From Bugula neritina (Eukaryota > Animalia > Bryozoa): a stretch of 64,000 bases of DNA. Every line of letters begins with the position of its first letter. Positions within the stretch are counted from its first letter, which is position 1. Shown in pieces: positions 13,765 through 38,761 of this stretch. Location of the stretch: positions 13,692,722 through 13,756,721 of the forward strand of contig OZ037766.1 in NCBI GenBank assembly GCA_964035545.1. Reading direction: 5' to 3'. The notes under the pieces are model-generated. The model worked only from the letters and a program-made list of their open reading frames with translations, searched no databases and was not told where the DNA came from. A program made the position numbers and the translations under genes.

Positions 13765-15834
13765 GGTGGTGATAATAAGAATACTTTAATACGAAAAATA
13801 TCAATGCTTCTAGAATTTTAGTTATGCACAATAATTGCATCAACAACAATGCATTCTATGATATTGTTACAATTTGCATTGTACTTCTAGCAGGCGATAG
13901 ATAAATCCGGCCATGCTATATTGGCAATGCTAAATAATATAGAAATGCTAAGCACTCCCGTTCATAGGTTATAGTAATATATTATTTTAAATTATCTTGC
14001 ATTTTTTAATCATATTTTATTACATGCAATATATATAGAATTAAACAAGTTTCAAACGAGAATTATGTAAAAAATAATATGTTTTGACTGCATGCGATAA
14101 AAGTTACCAAACATATAAAAACGATTGTTCTTTTTGTTAAGCAACAGCTGCAAATGAAACAGCTATCCATGCATGCAAAATTACAATTATAACGATATTA
14201 CCTAATTAAAAAAAATTTTATTATAGATAATCATATAAGTTAAATTATAAATCATTATAGTTTGAGTATTATGGTCATTTTATGTTGCCTTTGTTAAATT
14301 AAATTATTTTTAGCCAACTCTTTAAAAGCTACAGATGATGCTTCTAGCTGCAATTACTTGCAACCAAACTACTCATTGATTGCGTAGGTTTCTTTGAAAC
14401 GCAGGTAATGGCAAAATGCTAATTTTATTTTCTTGATAAGTTATTAGAAAAGCTGGAGCAAACCCGCAACATACACCAACGAAAGCTTTTAGACCACACG
14501 AGTATGGGAGCATTGTTGGATAGCAATGCAATGCTGAGATAATAATTATAAATTATTTAACCATTGTTACAGACTGTTATGATAGATCAATCTTGAGGAA
14601 GCTATATATCAAGTGTTGGGTTTTTACATAAGCTAAGAAAGCTTTTCCTTAATACATGATAGCTTTTCACATATCATCTCAGCTATGTTATGCTTTTCCA
14701 CCTTCATTATAGCTAATACACAAAAGCTAACTTTTTTACTACTATAAAAACCCAGCAGTTTTTCACTTATCCAGACGTGCATCTCACACTTGTACTTGCA
14801 ACTTATAACTCATGAGATAACCTTTTTTACACATTGCTATTTCTTTCAGTCTGCTATAAACTATTATAAATATTTATTTCCTCACACATTAAAACACAAC
14901 ATCAAAAGAGGACAACTCTACCATGGATGTCTAATAATAGCCTAAATATTTTATAACACTTTCATGTGGAATGTACGAAGTTAGCACAAAACTACAATAC
15001 CCAATCAACTTTAACCAATATTTGTCATTTGCTAATTACACTGCATTATATTGCAGTCAATTCATTTTCCACCTAATAGTTACAATTTGTATAAGCTGAT
15101 AAAAGCTAAAAGCTTTCATCAGCTTAGCATAGCAACCCCTTACCGCTGCAGCTGTGCCCTCAGGCTACACAATCATCAACTATAATCAGCCTATTGCTAT
15201 TATCTGCTAATCTAACTTGTCTCAGTGCTGAGTATAATTACTTTGATGAGAAATTGGCTAGCTATTTGCTGCTCATCACTGCTGTCGCTGATGTTGTCTG
15301 TTCACTTGTTCACTTGGTTGCTGCCTCTTCCACTTGTCGTATACTAACATGACAGCTCTTCTGTGTCTAGCCTCGCTCTCAACTTATGTGCTTGCAGGTA
15401 GGTTGCAGCTGATTAATGTGTATGGCTGTATGAAATGCAGGGATGCACCTTGCTCAAGTTTATCTTTAAGATGAGAGTAACATTTCATTAATCTGCTACT
15501 GACAGGCTATAAAGTGTGTAAAGCATAATTGTCAATAAAGCAGCTAATTTACTGAGATTTGCCTTCGGGTTTGCTGTCATAGCTGCGAGAGAGCAACACC
15601 CTCTCTGTTATTAGATTAGTATAGATTTAAAGAATACACTGAGCTTCTACTATAAAGTTTGTTACAACTCAGTGTACAATTAGACTTTTTAAAATATCAG
15701 AAATCTAAGTCTACTAGTGAGCTTGGTGAGCGGAACTGCCTGCCTGGTCTATTAGAGATATGCTATGAATAACAAATCAGTTGATAGACACTGTCCAGTT
15801 GCTTCTCTTAGTAGTAAAATGACTTTATTGTAAG
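13765..15834. promoter_or_regulatory. Candidate shared/bidirectional regulatory region between divergent Ig genes A and B
   Basis: The predicted ATGs face away from each other 2.07 kb apart (13764 minus, 15835 plus). TSSs cannot be located from sequence. Confidence 0.4.
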
Positions 15835-27263
<11,429 letters not shown>

Positions 27264-27984
27264 CAAAATTATAATCTATCTATTTTTATATGTATAATTC
27301 CATACACATTATTTTGTTATGTTAGAAAAACAAAAGATAAACTGCTGTTATTGCTATAAGATTTTATTGATTTGTTAGCTACTTTCTTTCTTCCCATGCA
27401 ATGTTATGTAATAATATTGAGTCATGTTGTAAAATAAAGAGGTACTTTCATTATAGATCCAATCTGTATTTTATGCTATGTTTTACTGTCTCCTAATAAT
27501 AAATGTATATTTCTTACACAAATCAAGAAACTAATGGTATTAACTGCTGTATGGTGAGCCTTGATATAAATATTCAGTTCAAACAGGATATATAAAATAT
27601 GTCTACTTAAGGGCAGTTTATCTACAACTTTAGAAGTTGTCCTTACATCATTTTGTTTTTAGTTAAATCAGTAGCTGTTTTTCTGGCAACGTTGAAATTT
27701 TATTTGCTTAGTCTTCGCGCATAGATTCTTATGTGTGTATTATTTAACTAAATTGTAGTGATATACACCTAAGGCCTAAGCTATGAACTAATACCAAAAT
27801 AACTACTACATAGCATTCATTGTACTATAACAGCATAGGTAAATGCTAAACATAGTGTCTGCAGGCGATTTCTTTGAGTCCTGACTAAACATCACACTCT
27901 AAACAAACTCATAAAATCATTTTTCAATTACAAACCATTTCATTGTTCTAATTATTTATTAATAAAGTTTTAGATCTATTATTC

Positions 27985-28429
27985 TAATTGGGTCCTTTTA
28001 CTTAATTTAGTACACACTAGAAATCTCCAGTTTTGAGCTATTTTTACAATTTAGCCGCTAATGAACATGGGGTTTGCCCAAAACTAGTAAAATATCAATA
28101 AATACACTAAAATAATCAAAGTTTTTTTTAATTTTGCTTGGTTTCCTATGTTTTTTCCTATTTATTTAGCTAATTTGGATTTAGAACCGTTACGAAAAAA
28201 AACTGCAACAAAAAAGACTGCGGCGGCCCGAAATCAAAAGTAGCTGAATAATTAAGAAAAAACATGGGGAATCAAGTGAAATTAAAAAGAGCCTTGGTTA
28301 TTTAGGTGTATTTATTGATAACTTACTAGTTTTGGGCAAAAAACCATGTTCATTAGTAGCTAAATTGAAAAAAAAGCTAAAAACTGGGGATTTTCAGTGG
28401 ATACTAAATTAAGTAAAATGACCCACTTA
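27985..28429. mobile_element. Fold-back / long-TIR MITE (~195-bp imperfect inverted arms, ~48-bp spacer)
   Basis: The left arm GGGTCCTTTTACTTAATTTAGTA...ATGAACATGG...TTTGCCCAAAACTAGTAA pairs with the right arm TTACTAGTTTTGGGCAAA...CCATGTTCATTAG...TACTAAATTAAGTAAAATGACCC. TA at both outer ends. Confidence 0.82.
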
Positions 28430-29872
28430 TCTGCAAAACTCATATTGTAATAATTTTATGTAATAATGCATTGTTGATTTCTTACTGCATTATTAATGCA
28501 TAGTTTTTTATATACATAAATGTTTTATTTTATTTAAATTTTTATGTACTGTTTTAGAATAAATGTAAATAAAACAGAATTTTCAAACAACTTCTTTTGT
28601 AATGTGTTTTATTTATATTAAACTGCATAATATAATTCTAGTCTTATATTTTGTTTTTGTAAGTTTAAAAATAATAAAATACAGAGTAATTCTACAGCTA
28701 TGTTATTTAATAATTAACAATTATAATTTTAGTGAAGCAAATTTGTTTATGATAAGCCACATTATGTTGACGATCAAAACTAAGCAAATAAAAAAAGAAC
28801 TTAACTGTATGTCAAGTGAGGTAATACACATCTAGTATATAGGTTGTAATTTGCCTTTGATAGCAGATGACACCTTAGCAGTAAGTTGTATAGTAAATTA
28901 TATTATTGCTCATGTGGATAAGAAAAGAAATCTCTTCACAACAAAGTTCTAATTCAGTTGCACGTCTTGTAATCATCAACTAACCATCACACATATAAGC
29001 TGTTCATTAACAGCACATGCAAGGAGGCTTTATTTAACATATTTTTTTGTAATTATTTTGGATTCTTAATATGATTATAATTGTGGCTTGAGTCTAATTT
29101 CTGCATCAGCCAAGATAACTTAAGATATTTGTAACCGTGTGCACTAGTTATGAGCAAACACAAAAGAAATCCTCAGCACACATTAATTATGCATTAGAAG
29201 AGTTGTTATTGTGCACTTTATTGGTGATGTTCATTGTGTTTACACATCAGTTAATTTCATTATATTGTTACTTATTTACGAGTCTGTCACATCAGTTGCA
29301 AAAAGATATAAAATCAACAACTGATTTGTTTGTTGACAGGTTGTATTGATAAACTAAGTACACATTTATTTGGTGCATTTGATTTTATCCTAGTCAGTGC
29401 AGTGTATGTTTGCCATTGCTGTCCATCACTAAATTATCTTCACTTGTCAACACAAAATTATGTTTTCAGTAAACTTACCAGTCAACAGCTGCAATTGTAT
29501 TTCTCATCCAATAAGGCTTAGGAAAGACAACTCTAATTTAACCTGATATGATTGTTTCCCTTTTCTTCAAAGATAATTCTATCTAATAATTAATGATGCA
29601 GCATATGATATTATGTAGATGCATAAAGCTGTTAATAATCTTATTATCATTAAAGCAATAAAATCTCTCACATCATTATACAAAGCCAGCAGGTTTTATA
29701 GTACTGGTTATCTATACCAAAATCACTAACAGTATTAATTGTTGAGGCATGCTGTAACATCTAACGAACATAAATTGTAATAGTAAAGAACGTGCTGAAA
29801 TGTATGTAGGTTAAACCTGTGATTAAAAGAGCATATATTGTTTTTAATACATGGTAACTTATTCTTTGCAAA

Positions 29873-32800
29873 ATGAGAACACAACACTTGGTGCTGCAGG
29901 CATTACTTTACTCTTTGAGCTTTGCATATGGTGAGTATGCATATTGTATTATTGTACATAAATGAAACTGCAAAAGGATAATTTTGCTCTGACAATATGA
30001 TAATAAACTTACATCACTCAATGTTGCAATAAATATCATGGAGAGAGCAGCCTTGGTACAGTAAACAGAGTAGTTTGACACATGCTGTGCTGGTTAATGG
30101 AATCATCTAAAGGTTTTGGTGGCATTAGGACATCGTCAGATGCACCCTATGCTGCTTTGACGTCTTAGAAAGCATTTTGTGACCATAGTTTGAGGCTGGA
30201 AAAGTTAATAATTTACAAAAGGTTTTACTATCTTGCTTTCATGGAGATTTCCGATACAAAGTATATTAATAATAACTAATAATAGCTATAATGAAGTACA
30301 GAATATTTAACTGAAAAAATTGAAATTTAATTTCATAGATTTCAGAAAGTTAAAAAAACTGTAACTTTAAATAGATTAGAGTTTTTTGGTCAAATATGCT
30401 GACTATACCCATAATACAGGCCCTTTCTCTAGCAGCTATTTTTGAAAAGTTGCAGTTGCATGCTATACACTTTATAAATTTTTAATTATTCTGCTATGGG
30501 TACTTTCTACATTTGTTAATTTTAAAAAATTAAAAATGACTTTTCTTACAAGTATTTGATATAGTAATTATTGTTATATTTCTAAAATTAAAATGTGAAA
30601 TTAAGTATTATATAATTTTACTAAACAAACAAATGAATACATTTACTGGTATATGCATTTATTGGCTTACAGCTTGTAGGATAACCATATAAATATAAAA
30701 TCTTTTTGTCATGTGTTGCAGTTATTTTACAATCTTTAACTATATTTATCAATATTTGCACCTATATTGTGCATGGATTATTACAGTCAATTGCGGTCAT
30801 GTATTAATACCTAACATGCAGTAGATACACTTGTACTAGTAAAAGTTGAAGAAACCTAAATATGCAATTTTGTGTGTGCTTGTCTTGCTATTTTATGTTG
30901 AAAACTGTTGCATATATTCAATCATATATTTTGCATATATGGGAGCAACCATGGTTCATTTTCCAGTCTACGTGCTCTGTTTATTTTTAATGCTCTTTAG
31001 TAGCTAAAAATAAAACATCTCACTCTCTCACTGAATATAAGTTTTACACAATACAACAACTAAATATCAGTATGTTTAGTCTAGGTATTTAAGTAATAGT
31101 TTTACTTTAAATTTTATGTCTAATGTTTGCGACTTAAAATTTTACTATTGCATTGATTTAATGACACACAATGCAGTTAATATAAGCAGTGCATATTCTA
31201 CATTACAGAATACATACAATGTTTAGCCCAAAAATTTTAATCTAGGCAACTAAGATAAGATGACCTGTAGACTATAGCTACAAGGGTTAAGCAAATAATA
31301 TCATATAAACAGTATCTGCTGAAGCTATTAAATTTAAAAGCATGCATACCATCACATTGACATGATACAATTATAGATTTTCCGTAATGATCCTATTATA
31401 TGTATAAGATGGACACTATATGTAGTAATTTTATAATTCAGTGTTACAGTATAAACATAATAGTATATAATGCATGTGGTAATTAGAGACATTCAAGTTG
31501 TATAGTATAGCAGCATAGTTACTTGTTGCAGCAGCATGCTTCATGATATACAGTTAGCTCTCTTCAATATCTCTAAGGGATGACAGTTACTACCTCATTT
31601 CACTAAACCTGCAGCATTAAGTGTTGTGAGAAGTATTATGACACTTGCTACTATAATGTATGATAATAGATATAATATAAATTGTAATGACTTATAATAA
31701 ATAAAAAGATTTAATAATCAACTGTGACAAATAAAAGATCAGAAGTTTGACTAGCATGATGTCTATATCTCAAGATATAGCATATTAATTAAATGATGTC
31801 AAGGATGCTGTATAATATCTTTATACTTCCAGCAGACAATCATTTTTCTTTCTGTCAACTATAAACTCAATATCTTTTACAGGCACTATAGAATCATATG
31901 GTGTAAACTGAAATAAGTATACATACTGATTATATTGTGGCCATATTGCAACAATTTTCTACTCCACACTTTTAAATCAGCTGAGTTAAAAATCTAATGT
32001 AGTTGATCTCTCAACAAGTCAATCAATAGTAATTGTAATGCCAAAACAAAGAATGTCAATTCATTGCAGAACAAATAAGCACAATAATATATCAATAGTA
32101 GAACATTGCAGTGTTTGGTATGGTTCTTCAAAGGGTAGCCATAAAAGACACTGCATAAAACTTTAAAAAAAAATGTTTTTAAGTCCTGCAACCTTATAAC
32201 ATAATGGTCTATTGTTATAGCTACGTATGTTAAAAACTAGAATAAAAACTATTTAGCAAAGCTATATTGTAGACATGAACAGTCAGTGTTTCAGGTGCTG
32301 TTTTGCTATACCAGTATTATACTTTTTACTTTGTTTTTTTTACAGGGAACATTTGTGTCTTTCCTTTCAAGTACAGAGACAAACTATACAGCTCATGTAT
32401 TATAATGAACCACCATACATTATGGTGTGCTACTACGAGTGACTATGATAGAGATAAAAGCTGGGTAGATTGTGAAGGTCAGCCAATCTCAGCCACTTGC
32501 AAGCACTCTCTAATCAGTGTCATAGTTGGTACTTAAAATTAGGGCATGCGTTAGCAAATTTTAGCAAAATGTAACTGAAGAACTTTTTAGATCATTCTAA
32601 ATGTAGTACTTCTGAATAATAGTTTTTCTCAAGTTGAAGTTTGGCCTTCAAAACTCTGAAGCAGTTTATAACTTGAAGTCAAATAAAATGCTGGGAAGCG
32701 GTTCATATTTGTTTAAGTCGATCGTCATTATTGTGAGAACTCCTGGCGGTGATAAGGGTTTTTTATCTGCAGGCTATGGACTCTCTCTCACATTTGTTAG

Positions 32801-35800
32801 TCTCATGCTTTTGATGGTTTCTGCTTGAAACATAGAAATAATTACGTCTGGATGCCCTTCCTGACATCTTGCCGGGGAGTTTGAACTCGTGACCTAAGGC
32901 TTAATAAGCCAGTGATCTCATTAATAGACCACAGCTAGGGCGTAAACTTGCCTGTGCTTATGATTTAAGTGTTTAATCATCTAAACAATTTGAATCATAG
33001 CAAATTGTTTCCTTTAATCATTTTATAGATCAAGTCTTGCTGTTTGCTTCAGCTAACTAAAGGCTTCAATTCTTATACAAAAAAGAATTACTTTTATAAT
33101 ATTTTAGCCTCTTTTAAAGGCATGCAGGTAGCAAGCAATAAATAGCATAGCCCATAAAATATTTGAGACCATTTTAGTAAAATAGGTATGTGTATAAGAT
33201 CCATTGCATTTGAACAAGTGGAGCTTCATTTTTGTAGAAAATAGTAGAAAAATCTATTGATGATAAATCTATACTAAAAATATCACCAAAAATCTATATT
33301 TTATTACTTTTTGCATATTAGAATACATGTAAACTAAAAAATCAAATATTTTGTACAATATCTTAATGTGATGTCTTTTTCTTGACTTTTCAAAAATTGA
33401 AATTGGGATGAAAAGAAAAGCAGCACTTTTTATATATGTATTTTTGTATATATTATTTCCATTATATATAATGCACGTGGTTCTATTACGGTAGACACAA
33501 CACACAGCAGTACTGTTATAACATAAACTGTTTTATTCTATAAACTAAACCATTTATATATAGGTGGTGTACAATCATACATTATTATGAAACAATATGA
33601 AGGAATGTTACTTCCTGTTGCAATATCCTGTTGTTACAAACAAGTTATAGTAAACAACAATAACAACAACAAGTTGTGCAAGTGGGTGATTGTAACACTA
33701 CAGCACTCAATAGCAAATTTATCAAACTCATTAATGTTACAGCAGACGACTTACAAAATGGTCTTCCTACTATTGATGAGAGTACAGAGACTAACATTAC
33801 AGTGAGAGTTGGTGGCATAGCAAGACTGCCCTGCACTGTTCTCAACCTTGGAAGTAAACAGGTTATAATAGCTGTGCTGTGTGCATTGTATGTTAAATAA
33901 AACTGTAAATAATTTTTACATTGTAAATTTATTGAGAATTGTCTTCTCTTGCTAAGATCAAGGTCGCAAAACAACAAACACAAAAACATTTTAAACTTGC
34001 ATTAATTAAACAAAATATGATGCATAACCTGTACAAAACAATCAACAAAGTCGATTTTACAAGAATGTCATGCAATATTATTGAAAATTTTAAAATCTGT
34101 TAAAATTCAAATAAGGTGCTTTTTATAAACTCTCTATAATCTTCTTTGTTATATTAATTAACCACAAAATAAAGTTTTTGAATAAGGCAAGTAACACTGG
34201 TCAGTTAACCAACATGAATACAAACTTCTTTGCTTTTGATATGCATGAAAAAAGTTGCTTATTCGCTAACAAATAGATTAAAAATACGGGTTGTAATAAG
34301 GAGAAGAAATGGCTGTCAAATAGCCTGTGTTGTTAATAATTTTTCATCTAAAATGTCAAAATGTTTCATGGTAAGAATCTAAATTATATAAAAAACTATT
34401 ACGGTAAAAAAACCTGATAGCATCCTAACTGCAATTTCAAGGTAATTATATTATAGTTAATAGTACATGTTGCAAAAATCCTATAAATATTGTTTTCAGC
34501 ATTACTTTTTTCACGCCATGCCTTTATCATTGTATAAAGAAAAGTTCTAAATGATATTTTGAAACAACCTTTTTTAAAAAAAACTATTTTATGATCTAAA
34601 ACATTGTAATGTGTATATCTTATTGATATAGTATTAAGAGGTGTATATTAACCACGCTATGTATGCAAACTGTATTAATAGCTGCTGGATGTATGCATGT
34701 GACCTAGTTTGATCGAGGTTATGGAGTATGGTATTCTATGCTACAGCATGTATGTGGATAATAAGCTGTGAAAATACTTTTATAGCCCAGATACTAGTGA
34801 ATACAATACGCTAGTTGCTATAAAAAGTGCAGTATGGGAAAGTTGAATCATTTCTATTAGTAGGAATATGACTTTGGCAAGATGGAGCTGTTGAAATTTA
34901 TTATTAAAATAGCTAGCTAATTTTAATAATAACTCAAAAACGCTATTTCAGGAAGGTTATATGTATTAATTATGAAATCATCTGACCTATTTACATTCAT
35001 TTTAGCTATACATTTAAATTTATCACCTATAATGAAATTCATAAAGTCCTTAATGTTTTGTGCAAGCTATTTAATAAAGTTGATTGCCAGCTGTATTCTA
35101 TTTCCACATTGTTTATTATGGATCACAATCAAGGCATATAAAAATATGAATTATATAACGACTGGCACTCATTGCTGAAGTTTGTGTATATGATGTATAA
35201 AATAGATGAGCTGGCAGAAAAAAGACAGCGAGTATCCTCTCACAGTGTCTACACACAGTTTCTTCAACAATGGTAGATACCTAGTGGAAAGGTACAGAGG
35301 TGTTGAATGGAACCTTATAATACTTAGAGTAGAAAATACAGATAAAGGAACTTATGTGTGTAAGGTGACAAGTCGAACTATGATTATGGCCAGGGAGGTG
35401 TACCTCAATGTTATAGGTAAAAGAAATTATAAAAAGTGATTTTCATAAATTTGCTGATTGTTGTTAGTCCATTTCTTTACTGGAAATAATAAGTGCACCG
35501 AAGATGGATGAACTATTTGTAAATGCAATTATTTATTGCTTGTAGATACACCTCATCTAGTAACTATAAACAAAGTAGAAAATGATGAAAGTGGACTCAT
35601 TGAACGATATATTGAACAAGGTTCAACCATAGAGCTAGTCTGTAACAGTACTGATGTGTCAGACACAGGGGGGCTAAGTGCTGTACAGAGTAACGCTATC
35701 CAGTGGTATAAGGTATGCTTCAAGGCTCAAGTCTAACATGTGTTTTAATTAAAATTTCTACTAATTTCTATATTGGCTTGTGAATGTAAATCATATGCTA

Positions 35801-38761
35801 GAAAAACGTTAACGTTATTGCAATGATATTATTGTTCCTAACACAACAAAATGTCACTAACTTAAAAAAATTCAGGAATGGTAATCACGTTGAAGTGAAG
35901 CAACATGTAAATACGGAGAGCAATAAATAAGGATATGCTACCTACTCTCAAACCTCTACAAAAATACACAGGCTCTTAATCTTGAAACTGTGCAAATGTA
36001 TAGAGGAAAAGTAACTGATGGATTCAGGAGCTAATATATCCCACCCCTGACCACAGACATGCCTCATGTATTACATATAGCGGTGGGCAGCAGTTATTAT
36101 AAAAAAGAATTTGATTAAATAGACACATATACTTCTGAAAGCATTGGAAGCCGAAGACGTAGAACCATACATGAAAACAACAATTTATAGTTAATGCACG
36201 CATCTACATTTAAGGTACAAAGGTGTGTAAAGCAAATAAAAACCTAAAATGAATGAAGACGGTGAAACACAAAATTACCCAGACAACTTACAGCTGGATA
36301 AAGAACATAATGAGAAATCTATGCAATACAGAGGCAATACAGAGGCAATACAGAGGCAATAAAGAGGCAATACAGAGGTAATACAAAGGTAATACAGAGG
36401 TAATACAGAGGTAATACAGATGGCTACTGTCCAAGGTTAGCAGATGACATCCTAACCACAAGTAAGGCAGGACCTGCCCTTAATATGTGAAGAGTAATGG
36501 GATTGAAAAACGAAACACTTAAAAACCTGAAAATAAACTAGGGCAGGGTGAAAGGTGATGACATTGAAATTGAGGCTATTGAGAATGCATTTATTCTGGA
36601 CAAAAGCCAAGAGCAAAAAACATAAAGAGGAATAAAGCAGAATGGGGAGCCGAAATATATATTAAAAGTAGCACACCAACTATATGCATCATGCCAGCAA
36701 TGGCACATAAAGTAGAACCTTTGATGATAAACCAAAATATGGAGAACAACCAGGCAGTGTTGCCAAGAAAAATATGGAAAAAGATAATATGCATAATGCT
36801 CGGGACATTATAAATGGGCATAAGAGCTCGAACTAAATAAAGCACTAGAGTATACTGCAAATGCTAAAAGAGAATAGAGATGAGCCATAAACGTTGGTCA
36901 AGTGACAAATTTAAATGAACCATAACACATGTGTATTAGATATCTATATGTGGGAGAACCAACTGAGAGCCAACAAAAAAGATGTTGGGATGTGCTGTGC
37001 CAACACTGAAAAACAACAGCCTGGAGAAAGAGGTGCAAAATCAAATGTGAATTACCTTGTCCAAAAGTGGAACACAAGTATGCACTGAGCATAATGATGA
37101 AATTGATCCTTATCTGATTAACTGCTAAGAAAATAAATTGCTACAAAATGAGAAACTTATATGGAATTGTAATTTTCCCTTAATGTGCATCGAATGTTTC
37201 TAAGCAATCCCTTGGGCTATGCTATGATTGCTTGTAAATGTAACCAGACTAGAAATTTTCAAATAATAAATTAGAGACATGCCAACCAAAATTTCAAATG
37301 TTCTGTAGTTATTTACTCTTTATATAGGCCAAATAAAAACATTTAATATTATTATTTATATTGCACTCCTATCCCTAGTACTTGTGTTACGAAATACTTC
37401 CTGCAAAAAGCTTAGATTGTAGTTGCTGTCTTAATCGCTTACCTGTTTGTTTGCAGATAACTTATCCTATTTTTTATTGCATGCACTATTTTCTGGTTTA
37501 CTAAGCTATATTTTTGGCAAATCAACAATTACTGAATGACATTTAACAAACTTGTTTATAGCATAACATAGAAGAAGTTAGCATTAAGATTGTAGCACTT
37601 AAAAGTTGTAAGCCTTATTTAGATGCAGCTAGTACTATGAAATAGAGTACTGTACATTTACTTCCGTAAAGCAAATTTATTTTCTAATGCTATGTATGTC
37701 ATTTCAGGATGGCATAAAAATAGATTCCAATGCAAGGAATAACTTGCTAATACTTAACGAAGTGCAAGGTCCCATTGCTATATCTAAACTTATAATAGAT
37801 AAAGCTGAACCGAATCACTTAGGCATATATGACTGTACAGCAATAGATAAAGCTCTTACCAAGTATCAAGTTGCCTTCATAACTCCTCTGCAAGACCAAC
37901 AAAGGGGAATCCCAGCAGAGCTTGAAACTGGTTTGTACACGTGAAAGTTAGTGGAAGCTTGTAGTTAGTACAGTACTTTAATAATTATGTGTGAAGAGAC
38001 CAAGCTGCAAAACTCCTAATCCTGATTAAGTTTTGAAGGTTCAAATTTATTAAGATTTACCAAAGTATTTAAGCATTTGTATACATTGCATAACATGATT
38101 GTTTTCATAATTTAACATGTTAATTTTAATAGCCTGGAATACCAATAAACCACTAATGTATGTAGTGGTTTTGAGTTTCCATAATATCTATATACTTTCA
38201 ATGCTATATGCTACCTACTTTGTGGCAATGCTAAATGCTAATGTATTTACAGTAAATTTAATCCTAACTAATTTGCTAATATTATATTATAACACTTTAA
38301 ATATATTACTTTGTCTAGCATTGTCTATTGCCTTTGTTATTAATATCATGATTAATGTTCTGCCATGAACTAAGATAGTACAACTATCCTATGAGCTCAT
38401 AATTCATGAATAAAAGATCTAGCACTTCAGCAACACTTTTACTTAATAAACTAGTTTTATAGCAAACTAACTATCACACTTTTAAATGGCATGTAAAATT
38501 TTATAGGAGCTAATGTATATCTAATAAATTATATAGTATTGAGCATCAATATGCAAGTGTTCTTTGTTTTAAAGCTGGATGTGTATCCAATCTGCTTTCA
38601 TATCTGGATTCATCTTGTAAAGTTACAGCCATGTTTTTAGACTACACATTAATTCCTATGTATGCTTAGATACCCTGAACACAAATAGAAGTGGATATAA
38701 GAAGCTAGAACTTCTGCTCATTCAGCTAATTGTCGTCAGCACAATATCGGCATACATGTGA
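29873..38761 (+). CDS. Gene C: FN2-domain + Dpr/zwei-Ig-like two-Ig GPI-anchored protein, ~333 aa
   Basis: Exons 29873-29930 (signal peptide MRTQHLVLQALLYSLSFAYG), 32346-32477 (FN2: CVFPFKYRDKLYSSCI...WCATTSDYDRDKSWVDC), 33743-33861 (TNITVRVGGIARLPCTVLNLGSKQ; acceptor choice not unique), 35206-35416 (SW...LTV...WNLIILRVENTDKGTYVC), 35546-35712 (YIEQGSTIELVC...IQWYK), 37708-37930 (DG...SKLIIDKAEPNHLGIYDC) and 38670-38761 (GPI-like tail). An alternative last exon lies at 38918-38976. Confidence 0.87.
32720..32940 (-). mobile_element. tRNA-derived SINE
   Basis: The minus strand reads CCTAGCTGTGGTC...GGTCACGAGTTCAAACTCCCC (Pol III B-box GTTCAAAC), followed by GTCAGGAAGGGCATCCAG, a motif I recall from widespread animal SINE central domains (unverified). 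Boundaries are approximate. Weaker relatives may lie near 5730-5830, 25925-26030 and 30040-30180. Confidence 0.6.
35860..37090 (+). mobile_element. Degenerate RTE-clade LINE reverse-transcriptase remnant in gene C intron 5
   Basis: Ordered broken motifs ICYLLSNLYK, GFRS, KKEFD, IQR(G), RLADDIL, ALNM, DIEIEAIE, CIMPAM and IRART follow the RTE RT/C-terminal order. Many stops and indels. Confidence 0.7.
36323..36420. repeat. 11-bp minisatellite (G[C/T]AATACAGAG) x9 inside the RTE remnant
   Basis: Direct tandem repeats visible in the sequence. Confidence 0.9.

Noticed and set aside
32870-32940. Functional tRNA gene
   Set aside because: A B-box is present, but no convincing cloverleaf or acceptor stem, and it runs into SINE-like body sequence.
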